Of a stretch of DNA of 64,000 nt, positions 1 to 6,796 are shown one piece after another. Source of the DNA: a virus (Duplodnaviria > Caudoviricetes). The stretch is taken from positions 1-64,000 of the IMG/VR virus record IMGVR_UViG_3300017791_000021; one strand, written 5' to 3'. Numbering within the stretch: the stretch's first letter is position 1; each line of letters begins with the position of its first letter. The notes below the pieces were generated by a model that saw only the letters and a program-made list of their open reading frames with translations, was not told the DNA's origin and searched no databases. A program made the position numbers and the translations under genes.

Positions 1-536
1 AAACGGTATCCCTTGGAATCCGTGTCGTACTTAAGCCAAGAGTACTCGTTGTAGAGACGCTTTGCGCCATCTGCAACACCCTTCTTAAGGTACGCAGGGA
101 AGTTCTTGCCGTACTTGCTCTCGTAGTAAGCCAGCACCTCACCAGGTTCGTCTGCACGAGCCTGAGAAGCCGCTACAAGGGCACGTGGAGCGCCGTTCAT
201 AGCTCCTGAGTCATAGAGTGCCTTAGCACCCTCAACAGCCGCTACAACAGCCGCAGAACGCATGAACGCATCGTTGCGAAGCCAGCCGACGAAACCAGCG
301 AACCAGCGAGGGTCCAACACAGCAACATCAGCAGACAGACGGGCAAAGCGGTCGTCACGATCCTGTGCGGTCTCGTAGAACGAATCCTTGCCAACGAAGT
401 TGGATACAGCCAGAAGAAACAGCTCACTCTTCTGTGTGCGCTCGAAACCCTGCTTGAAGTCAGCATTAAGCGCTGCCTTGGTGCTAGTTACAGGAGAAGT
501 CACTCCCGTGCGAACTGGCTTGTTGAACTTTGCCAT
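1..536 (-). CDS. rsr: Ro60/TROVE-domain RNA-binding protein (Rsr-like), N-terminal part, truncated by window edge
   Basis: Manual translation from ATG 536 (RBS AAGGAGG): MAKFNKPVRTG...KSELFLLAVSNFVGKDSFYE...WLRNDAFMRSAAVV...RADEPGEVLAY...KKGVAD...YNEYSWLKYD, typical of actinobacterial TROVE proteins; absent from the ORF track because there is no stop in the window. Confidence 0.9.
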   Translation of the reverse strand, partial: MAKFNKPVRTGVTSPVTSTKAALNADFKQGFERTQKSELFLLAVSNFVGKDSFYETAQDRDDRFARLSADVAVLDPRWFAGFVGWLRNDAFMRSAAVVAAVEGAKALYDSGAMNGAPRALVAASQARADEPGEVLAYYESKYGKNFPAYLKKGVADGAKRLYNEYSWLKYDTDSKGYR

Positions 537-574
537 TACTGCCTCCTTGTTAGTGTGGTACGTTGTAAGTTAAG

Positions 575-608
575 AAAAAACCCACCAGGGGTGTAAGTCT
601 GGTGGGTA
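575..608 (-). terminator. Intrinsic terminator between the Y-RNA/tRNA array and the TROVE gene
   Basis: Minus strand ACCCACCAG-loop-CTGGTGGGT followed by a T tract. Confidence 0.7.
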
Positions 609-620
609 TAAGAATTGACT

Positions 621-741
621 ACCTAGAAATAATGGCTTGAGGTATTTTACTAGCGCCATGCACCCGCAAGTACGGGCGTGGGATTCGAACCCACTCGTCC
701 TTTTAATCAGAAAGAAGTAACCCCGTTGCCTTCGCATCGGT
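621..741 (-). ncRNA. Y RNA-like (YrlA-type) element 1
   Basis: ACCGATGCGAAG..GTTACTTC 5' arm, T-arm GTGGGTTCGAATCCCAC, closed acceptor-like hairpin, 3' arm TTTCTAGGT; adjacent to Ro60. Confidence 0.8.
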
Positions 742-757
742 AATCGTAAAAATATAT

Positions 758-830
758 ACCCTAGAAAAAACGCCTACAGTGCTTTGTATTCACCATAATT
801 GAAGAAGTAACTGTTGGCTACGCATCGGGT
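758..830 (-). ncRNA. Minimal Y RNA-like element 2 (no tRNA-like domain)
   Basis: ACCCGATGCGTAGCCAACAGTTACTTC...ACTGTAGGC..TTTCTAGGGT; same conserved ends, short insert. Confidence 0.7.
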
Positions 831-850
831 AAAGCTTATGAAATTATTGC

Positions 851-955
851 ACCTAGAAATAGCGACCAAGGAAAGGACACCAGTCCATGAAGGCGGAATC
901 GAACCGACCTACTCTATATTAGTTGGTTAGAAGTAACCCTAGTCTTCGCATCGGT
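851..955 (-). ncRNA. Y RNA-like element 3
   Basis: ACCGATGCGAAGACTAGGGTTACTTC...CGGTTCGATTCCG (T-arm)...CCTTGGTC..TTTCTAGGT. Confidence 0.75.
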
Positions 956-970
956 ACGTTGTAAAACTCG

Positions 971-1122
971 TGACAGCTAGAAAAATCGATAAAAGTCTTT
1001 TTCTTTTGACCACTGCTCTCGCCGCTGAGCTACCTACCGAAGAAGTCGATAGGGGAGGATTCGAACCTCCGACCCGTGGTTCCCTTTGCGATGAAGTATC
1101 TCTTATCTACGCATCGCTGTCA
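971..1122 (-). ncRNA. YrlA-type Y RNA element 4 with full permuted tRNA-like domain
   Basis: TGACAGC/GCTGTCA closing stem; T-arm GGAGGTTCGAATCCTCC precedes a closed acceptor hairpin and D-arm TAGCTCAGCGGCGAGAGC (T-before-D order as in YrlA). Confidence 0.85.
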
Positions 1123-1129
1123 AATCTAA

Positions 1130-1258
1130 TGTGTCTAGAAAGAACGAACCAAGTGTATGTAGCTACCCGATCAGGGGTAGCCGTTCAGCGCCTTTCACAG
1201 CGCCGGGTGGGATCGAACCATCTATTTCCGAAGTAACTCGGTTCTTCGCATCGACACA
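1130..1258 (-). ncRNA. Y RNA-like element 5
   Basis: TGTGTCGATGCGAAGAACCGAGTTACTTC...GGTTCGATCC...two hairpins...CTTGGTTC..TTTCTAGACACA. Confidence 0.75.
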
Positions 1259-1260
1259 AG

Positions 1261-1332
1261 CTCCCCGTGCTGGATTCGAACCAACAACCTTTGAGTTAAC
1301 AGCTCACTGCTCTGCCATTGAGCTAACGGGGA
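1261..1332 (-). tRNA. tRNA-Asn(GTT)
   Basis: Cloverleaf, loop CT-GTT-AA, T-loop TTCGAAT. Confidence 0.92.
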
Positions 1333-1378
1333 ATAAGGTCCCTCGGAAGGGACTGTGAGTATCTTACAATATAGAGCG

Positions 1379-1449
1379 CACGGCGTCAAGGATTCGAACC
1401 CTGGATAACGGTTTTGGAGACCGACGTGTTACCACTACACTAACGCCAT
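1379..1449 (-). tRNA. tRNA-Trp(CCA)
   Basis: Cloverleaf, loop CT-CCA-AA. Confidence 0.9.
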
Positions 1450-1464
1450 AAGGCCCCGAAGGGC

Positions 1465-1680
1465 TTACTTACTATTTGACAGTGCCTTAGTCACGCTGAC
1501 TACACCATCATGTACTGCTTGGGGAAGCTGTGGGAAAGAGCTTACCAGAAGGAGTGCAAAAATGCCACCCGCTATAATCTGGACAATCTTCCAACCCTGC
1601 TTGTTGATCATAATAAAGATCCAGAGTCCCACCAGACCTAGTGGTCCGAGGAATCCCAGAACTGCGAACACGATGTCCAT
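1465..1680 (-). CDS. Small membrane protein
   Basis: RBS AAGGAG before MDIVFAVLG; two hydrophobic helices; TTGACA-17-TACGCT promoter upstream. Confidence 0.7.
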   Translation of the reverse strand: MDIVFAVLGFLGPLGLVGLWIFIMINKQGWKIVQIIAGGIFALLLVSSFPQLPQAVHDGVVSVTKALSNSK

Positions 1681-1705
1681 GTTGCTCCTTTCGGCTGTTG
1701 TTAAC

Positions 1706-1734
1706 AGCGTACTACGGTGTACATGGTGTGTCAA
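1706..1734 (-). promoter_or_regulatory. Housekeeping-sigma-type promoter
   Basis: TTGACA-17nt-TACGCT. Confidence 0.55.
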
Positions 1735-1735
1735 G

Positions 1736-1808
1736 TACTGCTACTCGGATTCGAACCGAGACTGGCTAGTTCCTAAGACTAGTGCCTCTACCATTGGGCT
1801 ACAGCAGC
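1736..1808 (-). tRNA. tRNA-Leu(TAG), short variable loop
   Basis: Cloverleaf, loop CT-TAG-GA, Leu-type D arm GCCCAATGGTAGAGGC. Confidence 0.88.
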
Positions 1809-1977
1809 ATAAGTGGATAGCTGGACTTAAGTTTACCAGCAATGAGATCCTTACGTACTCCGTTGTCTCATACCATCACATTGGGTGCTACCCCAGGTTG
1901 CTAAACCAGCGATGTGCGTTACCCCCGTAAGAAGGGTGTTCCGCCATATCCAGGAGAGGTGATCAACCCCTCCATTG

Positions 1978-2050
1978 TAGTTCTAGTCGGATTCGAACCG
2001 ACACTTTGCAGGACTTAAATCTGCCGCCTCTACCGTTGGGCTATAGAACC
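1978..2050 (-). tRNA. tRNA-Leu(TAA), reads the TTA codon (bldA-equivalent specificity), short variable loop
   Basis: Cloverleaf, loop TT-TAA-GT. Confidence 0.85.
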
Positions 2051-2056
2051 ATTATG

Positions 2057-2131
2057 TACTCCTACTCGGATTCGAACCGAGAACCTTCGGGACTTGAATC
2101 CGACGCCTCTACCAAATTGGGCTACAGGAGC
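2057..2131 (-). tRNA. tRNA-Leu(CAA), short variable loop
   Basis: Cloverleaf, loop TT-CAA-GT. Confidence 0.87.
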
Positions 2132-2142
2132 ATGTTGTAAAG

Positions 2143-2214
2143 AGCCTCAGGAGGGAATTGAACCCTCTACCTTCCCCGTACCAAGGGGATATTCAACCAA
2201 TGAAATTCAGAGGC
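2143..2214 (-). tRNA. tRNA-Thr(GGT), atypical D arm
   Basis: Anticodon stem TCCCC/GGGGA, loop TT-GGT-AC, good T arm; lacks U8 and has a T.T mismatch in the acceptor stem. Confidence 0.7.
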
Positions 2215-2225
2215 ATTGAATGGAG

Positions 2226-2298
2226 AGCCCCCAGTAGGATTCGAACCCACGACCTGTCGCTTACAAGGCGACTGCTCTAGCCACTGAGCTATAAGGGC
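2226..2298 (-). tRNA. tRNA-Thr(TGT)
   Basis: Canonical cloverleaf, loop CT-TGT-AA. Confidence 0.93.
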
Positions 2299-2337
2299 AT
2301 TAGCTATGGTATCACGCCCCATAGCAGGCGTCAAATC

Positions 2338-3153
2338 TTAGGCTACGTTGTTCTTAATGGCCCATGCCTTTAGTGCAGTATACGCAGCAAGTACATCCGC
2401 GTCAACACTAGGTGTTGGACCTGGTGGTGTTGGAGGAGTTGGAGTGCTCAGCTTCACGAACACTGTAGCATCTCCCTGCTCTGCAAGCAAGCGCTCATAG
2501 TCAGCAAAGGAGAAGTAAAAGCGTCCCTTGAGTCCCCAAGAGTCTCCCCAGGAGTTTGTGGCTCCGATAAGCTTGTTGGTAACATCTACCTCATCAAGAA
2601 CGAACTCATGTCCACCACGGACGTAAGCGCTCTTGGTAATAGATACCTTACCAGTCTTGCTCGGATTGTCAAATGATGAATACCAGTTGACACCCGTAAT
2701 GATTGGTCCTAACTGGAGAGCGGCAACAGCGTCCGCAAGAGACGTGATGTGCTGGTAACCAGAGATAAAACCAGCCTTCTGGGCTGCCTTGGCGACGCTC
2801 AAACCGTCTGAACCAGTGTCGGTGGGAGGATACTCGCCTGCATAGCCATCAAGGGCTGTAGCGGAGCTGTAGAGCTTTACAGCCTCATCCTCGTTGAGAG
2901 TTACATCAGAAGGAATGGTAGCGAAGAAATCGCCAGTTCCCAGATTTCCTGTTGCTGCATTTCCAGTACAAGATCCTAGGTCACCCTGGTCTAATACAGG
3001 AATGTAGCGAGTGTGACGAATAGATGTCGCAGTGAATCCAGATCCATCGAACTTATAGTCCAATGAGCGGGAATCATGATTAACGTGTCTTCCTAGGCGT
3101 CCACCAATAGTCTCGGAGGCAACCTCAGGAATGTGACGAGTGTAAATAGCCAA
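2338..3153 (-). CDS. Papain-like (peptidase C1) cysteine protease
   Basis: DQGDLGSCTGNA (Gln/Cys), GGHEF (His), NSWGDSWG (Asn) motifs; Pro-rich C-terminal linker. Confidence 0.9.
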   Translation of the reverse strand: MAIYTRHIPEVASETIGGRLGRHVNHDSRSLDYKFDGSGFTATSIRHTRYIPVLDQGDLGSCTGNAATGNLGTGDFFATIPSDVTLNEDEAVKLYSSATALDGYAGEYPPTDTGSDGLSVAKAAQKAGFISGYQHITSLADAVAALQLGPIITGVNWYSSFDNPSKTGKVSITKSAYVRGGHEFVLDEVDVTNKLIGATNSWGDSWGLKGRFYFSFADYERLLAEQGDATVFVKLSTPTPPTPPGPTPSVDADVLAAYTALKAWAIKNNVA

Positions 3154-3215
3154 TTTCAGTTCCTTGCAAGAGTAGGGCTAAGTATCTCACTCATGATAGC
3201 AATAAAACTGAAGCT

Positions 3216-3258
3216 GTGAGTGGGCTATGAACCTAAATCCACAGCCCACTCAAAAAAA
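3216..3258. terminator. Stem-loop terminator
   Basis: TGAGTGGGCT...AGCCCACTCA inverted repeat flanked by an A tract. Confidence 0.5.
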
Positions 3259-3259
3259 C

Positions 3260-3574
3260 TTACGCGGTGCCTGTTGTAACAATTACATAGTCAGTAGTTG
3301 CATTCAGAGTGAAGTCAATAGGCTGACTAAACTGAGATGCACCATTTAGCTGAACTGTCCATAGAACAGCAGCAGAAGTAACAGGGTTACCTCCACTGTC
3401 AGTTCCAGGTGGAACAGTAGCAGGGTAAAGTGCACGAACGGTTGGGTAAGTAGCACCAGAAGCAGTAGGAGTTGGATACACGTATGCATGTCCATCTGCG
3501 GCAACTGCGGCAACAACTTGCTGTCCAACGGACAATCCGTTTACCTTAACTACAGTATTAGCTCCAAAAGCCAT
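3260..3574 (-). CDS. Hypothetical beta-rich protein (possible virion accessory)
   Basis: RBS GAAAGG; Thr/Val/Gly-rich 104 aa. Confidence 0.65.
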   Translation of the reverse strand: MAFGANTVVKVNGLSVGQQVVAAVAADGHAYVYPTPTASGATYPTVRALYPATVPPGTDSGGNPVTSAAVLWTVQLNGASQFSQPIDFTLNATTDYVIVTTGTA

Positions 3575-3801
3575 ATTATTAAACCTTTCTAGAAAGAAAT
3601 CACTAAGTGATCGCTATAGCAATTCCTATTGTACTAGAAAAGTTGGCTGGTGGTCTCATCCCTCGTGCCTACTTAGCCTGCCAGAGCTAAGCGGTTCTCC
3701 CACCTTGGAGGCCCTACCCGTGTCCGCGCCTCTTCTGACTCGTCTAACCACTCAGTGAGAGGTGATTAGCTGCATCCCGTAAACCGGCTCACTATGCTAC
3801 G

Positions 3802-3872
3802 TACCCCCACAGGGACTCGAACCCTGTCCTTGAGATTGAAAGCCTCAGATCCTACCTATAGACGATGGGGGC
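3802..3872 (-). tRNA. tRNA-Glu(TTC)
   Basis: Cloverleaf, loop CT-TTC-AA. Confidence 0.88.
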
Positions 3873-4042
3873 AGGAACCTAGAGGAGCTACCTCTAGGCT
3901 TATGCGAGCACTGGGCACCAAACAGCCTCACTTATGTATTGATCTATCATAGGCAGCGTATTCCAATTTCCGCTAACGATACCCACTCGAACCCCCGACA
4001 GGGGCATGGTCATATCTTTGGAACCTATGAAGGTGCCGAACG

Positions 4043-4113
4043 TACTCCCAAGGGGGATTGAACCCCTAACTCCAGATTGAGAGTCTGGTATGTTGCCATT
4101 ACACTATGGGAGC
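4043..4113 (-). tRNA. tRNA-Glu(CTC)
   Basis: Cloverleaf, loop CT-CTC-AA. Confidence 0.9.
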
Positions 4114-4255
4114 AAAGATTCATTATTTCCTGCACGGTCATAATGAATCTGGAGAACTTTCTCTGTGTCCTCAGCAGACTTAGCTCTATCCCTCGGCCCG
4201 GCTAAGTGGGTGATATATTCCCCGTGCAGGTTTATATCGTTTGAAGTCTTTCAAG

Positions 4256-4328
4256 CGCTCTCGACGGGATTCGAACCCGCCCCTACACTGTGACAGAGTG
4301 CAATGCTACGCCCATACACTACGAGAGC
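4256..4328 (-). tRNA. tRNA-Asp(GTC)
   Basis: Cloverleaf, loop CT-GTC-AC. Confidence 0.9.
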
Positions 4329-4471
4329 AAGAAGTGCCCTTTAAGGTAGGACACGAACCTTTTTAGATGGAGGACGAGCAGCCTCGGTACCATCGGCTTT
4401 TCCCGTACAGCTTACCCTGGCCTTGGGCGTACTGTCAATAGGGTATTTTATCCCTTAGGAGGACTCGCGCG

Positions 4472-4542
4472 CTCCCCCGTCTGGAATCGAACCAAAACTA
4501 GGAGATCCAAAGGCTCCTGTGCTGCCATTACACCAAGGGGGA
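4472..4542 (-). tRNA. tRNA-Gln(TTG)
   Basis: Cloverleaf, loop CT-TTG-GA, U1-A72. Confidence 0.88.
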
Positions 4543-4679
4543 TAGATTTTGTCAAGTGGTTGGACGTAGCGTGGCTTAAACCCACGTTTCGGCCTTGTCT
4601 TCACCCATAGCTTATCTAGAAAACTATGAACTAGCATCCGGCTTATCCGTGCTCTTGTGCACCGAGCTTTGGCGTCCAG

Positions 4680-4750
4680 CTCCCCATCAAAGATTCGAAC
4701 TTCGATTCTACGCTCCAGAGGCGCATGTATTGCCATTATACGAATGGGGA
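4680..4750 (-). tRNA. tRNA-Gln(CTG)
   Basis: Cloverleaf, loop CT-CTG-GA. Confidence 0.87.
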
Positions 4751-4751
4751 A

Positions 4752-4827
4752 TGGTCCGGTATAGGAGATTCGAACTCCCTCTCTCAGTTTGGAAGACTGA
4801 TGTGCTGCCGTTAAACACTAATACCGA
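4752..4827 (-). tRNA. tRNA-Gly(TCC)
   Basis: Cloverleaf, loop CT-TCC-AA, encoded CCA end. Confidence 0.87.
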
Positions 4828-4865
4828 TTAAGTGAGCAGTTTATACTCATACTCAGGAGAATCTG

Positions 4866-5219
4866 TTACCAGATCTCATCCTCATAGGCGTATGGGTCAA
4901 CCGGAACGGTATCCCAATCATACGGAAAACCCTTGAGGGTAATTATGCAGTTGTATGTATCTATATCAACGATGCGGTCCGCACCATCCTGTACTTCCGC
5001 TGAGACTCCGTATCCTGTCTCCTCGCCCAAGCTGTTCTTAATCATCTCTTCGAACAGGATTCTTGTCAAGTAAGCAGTATCGGTCAAGCGGTTTTGTGCA
5101 CGTCCAGTCTGTAAGGCATCCTTAATCAGACGTGGCAGATACGTGCCATCCCAGTGCGTGTACAGGTAGACGCCCGGACGACCATTCTCGTGGATATAAA
5201 CGTTTGCCCTATCTCCCAC
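4866..5219 (-). CDS. Hypothetical phage protein
   Basis: RBS AGGAGG; GDRANV..YLYTHWDG motif recurrent in phage hypotheticals. Confidence 0.75.
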   Translation of the reverse strand: MGDRANVYIHENGRPGVYLYTHWDGTYLPRLIKDALQTGRAQNRLTDTAYLTRILFEEMIKNSLGEETGYGVSAEVQDGADRIVDIDTYNCIITLKGFPYDWDTVPVDPYAYEDEIW

Positions 5220-5283
5220 AGTTCCTCCTAGTCGATTTCAGTAACTGGAGTGTACTACATAAGATAGGGCTTGTAAAGTAACG

Positions 5284-5360
5284 TGGGGGCACAGGTAGGA
5301 GTCGAACCTACTACTTGCAAGCTTATGAGGCTTGTGAGACACCGTTTCTCTATCCGTGCA
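5284..5360 (-). tRNA. tRNA-Met(CAT), initiator-like
   Basis: Loop CT-CAT-AA, 1:72 mismatch, fMet-like D stem GAG/CTC, encoded CCA; lacks the three G-C anticodon-stem pairs. Confidence 0.8.
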
Positions 5361-5361
5361 G

Positions 5362-5433
5362 TGGCTCAGGTAGGAATCGAACCTACAACAATCCGCGTAT
5401 GAGACGGACGCTCTGCCATTGAGCTACTGAGCC
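5362..5433 (-). tRNA. tRNA-Met(CAT) elongator (or Ile2)
   Basis: Canonical cloverleaf, loop CT-CAT-AC. Confidence 0.88.
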
Positions 5434-5486
5434 AAAATCATGGTTTTTATTGTGTTCCTCTACGGGATAACCATGAACCCGCATTG

Positions 5487-5559
5487 TGGTCCCCACCGGA
5501 CTTGAACCGATATCCTCCGGGCTTCAACCGGATGCTCTGCCAAATTGAGCTAAAGGACC
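5487..5559 (-). tRNA. tRNA-Phe(GAA)
   Basis: Cloverleaf, loop TT-GAA-GC. Confidence 0.9.
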
Positions 5560-5638
5560 ATTAAGCGATGAGCAAGTCTATATGATGAGCACCATTCTTA
5601 TCAATTGTTGAGGGTGTGTTCATATGTGATCTCACTCA

Positions 5639-5713
5639 TGGTCGGGTACCGGGGAATCGAACCCCGTTTATCCTGTTCCCAAAACAGGCGGATTACCATC
5701 TTCCTCGTACCCG
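5639..5713 (-). tRNA. tRNA-Pro(TGG)
   Basis: CGGGTAC/GTACCCG acceptor, loop TT-TGG-GA, encoded CCA. Confidence 0.88.
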
Positions 5714-5792
5714 AGGACTCCTAAAGGGTTTCGTGTGTTCACTACTTGCGCCCTTTAGGAGCTTTTCGAAAGGAGGCTAGATCAGTATAACA

Positions 5793-6014
5793 CTAGTCTT
5801 CCTTCTGTGCAACTTCGCTTGACAACTGCACTTCCAGCATGATTACATCATTGCTGATAGTCGCCAGGGTGATATATTCGGCCTCTGACGTTGAGTCCCA
5901 CACTAGCCTAGTAGGTGGCATCTTGTCAAGTAGTTCCTTAGAGACCTTCAAGGAGCCGCCAAGGTTGTGAACGGCCAGTGCTAAGAATCTAGCAAGTTCA
6001 TCGTACTGTGTCAA
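5793..6014 (-). CDS. Hypothetical protein
   Basis: Probable TTG start with AAGGAG RBS, overlapping the upstream gene. Confidence 0.55.
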   Translation of the reverse strand: MTQYDELARFLALAVHNLGGSLKVSKELLDKMPPTRLVWDSTSEAEYITLATISNDVIMLEVQLSSEVAQKED

Positions 6015-6210
6015 GCCCTTGCTCCTTGCTGAGTCTCTTGATCGTCTCTTTAAGATGACCAATGGATTCTTGCAGGTCAACCATATGGGCTTCCGCACCA
6101 GCAACGGCCTGGAGAGTTAATTCATGAAGAAATAGGTTCTCCTCTGCTGTTTCTACTCTGATAGTAGATACAAGGGAACCATAAATCGAATCATATAGTT
6201 CTTGATTCAT
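5998..6210 (-). CDS. Hypothetical coiled-coil protein
   Basis: ORF in an overlapping operon. Confidence 0.6.
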   Translation of the reverse strand: MNQELYDSIYGSLVSTIRVETAEENLFLHELTLQAVAGAEAHMVDLQESIGHLKETIKRLSKEQGLDTVR

Positions 6211-6412
6211 ATAGACCCATTTCCTCAGTAAGTTCAGTCAGTTCCTGCAAAGCTTCCTGGCTCTGTAGATTCTCTACCAGAGATTCCAGTACCTTGCGGA
6301 TATAAACGGTAATCCCAAGTCCCTGTAGTTCAGCTTGCTTATGAAGAACAGTTAGAGTGTCCTTCTTCAGACGTAGACTTCTGGAAACCATAGCGTTACT
6401 AGTATTTTCCAT
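6191..6412 (-). CDS. Putative ribbon-helix-helix DNA-binding protein
   Basis: SRSLRL beta strand then two helices with a G-ITVYIR turn; RBS GGAG; promoter TTGACA-17-TACAAT upstream. Confidence 0.6.
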   Translation of the reverse strand: MENTSNAMVSRSLRLKKDTLTVLHKQAELQGLGITVYIRKVLESLVENLQSQEALQELTELTEEMGLYESRTI

Positions 6413-6508
6413 GTTTCTCCTATTCGAAAGATACCTCTTAGTCTAACCTAGTTAGACTAGAAGTAAGTAGTACTAATAGTATTTCCTAGCTATATAAGTA
6501 TAAAGAAC

Positions 6509-6537
6509 ATTGTACACAGTACCGTGGTACTTGTCAA
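6509..6537 (-). promoter_or_regulatory. Strong housekeeping-sigma promoter probably driving the leftward tRNA region
   Basis: TTGACA-17nt-TACAAT; the spacer contains the inverted repeat AGTACC..GGTACT. Confidence 0.65.
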
Positions 6538-6620
6538 GTCCTTGTGCCCACAGGTCACCTCTGGTAGAGTACTACTGAAGGGGGCTGGTGGGGGTACTAC
6601 TAAGAAAAAGGTTCGGGGAT

Positions 6621-6782
6621 ATGAAGTTTAAAGATATGGACATCGGTAAGAAGGGTCCTTGCATGGTACCAGGTCACCCCAAGGAACACGTACTGGAACT
6701 TAACCCATGCTGGTCCACCATGCGTAGGTACCTATTTGATCACACATTCGAGCAATTCTTGGAAGCTGTCAAGAATAAGTAG
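6621..6782 (+). CDS. Hypothetical protein
   Basis: Short ORF heading the rightward operon. Confidence 0.5.
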   Translation: MKFKDMDIGKKGPCMVPGHPKEHVLELNPCWSTMRRYLFDHTFEQFLEAVKNK

Positions 6783-6796
6783 AGAAGAGAAAGAGG

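Noticed and set aside
621-1258. CRISPR array or plain tRNA pseudogenes
   Set aside because: The repeats are bipartite, degenerate and covary as RNA stems; T-arms precede D-arms and there are no anticodon arms or cas operon, so Y RNA fits better
970-1930. ORFs overlapping the Y-RNA/tRNA region (970-1236, 1131-1358, 1562-1930)
   Set aside because: Antisense to RNA genes, with translations reflecting T-loop sequence (GFEP)
3650-4250. HDV-like (theta) ribozymes next to tRNAs
   Set aside because: TCCCTCG and GCTAAG motifs lie on the strand opposite the tRNAs, and a consistent P1/P2/P3 nested pseudoknot could not be built by eye
4561-4679. Hammerhead ribozyme (GGCCGAAAC present on the minus strand)
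   Set aside because: The required CUGANGA core is absent
1261-5713. tmRNA or suppressor tRNAs indicating genetic-code reassignment
   Set aside because: No CTA/TTA/TCA anticodons seen, genes end normally at TAG/TAA/TGA, and no tmRNA-sized element with a tag reading frame was recognised
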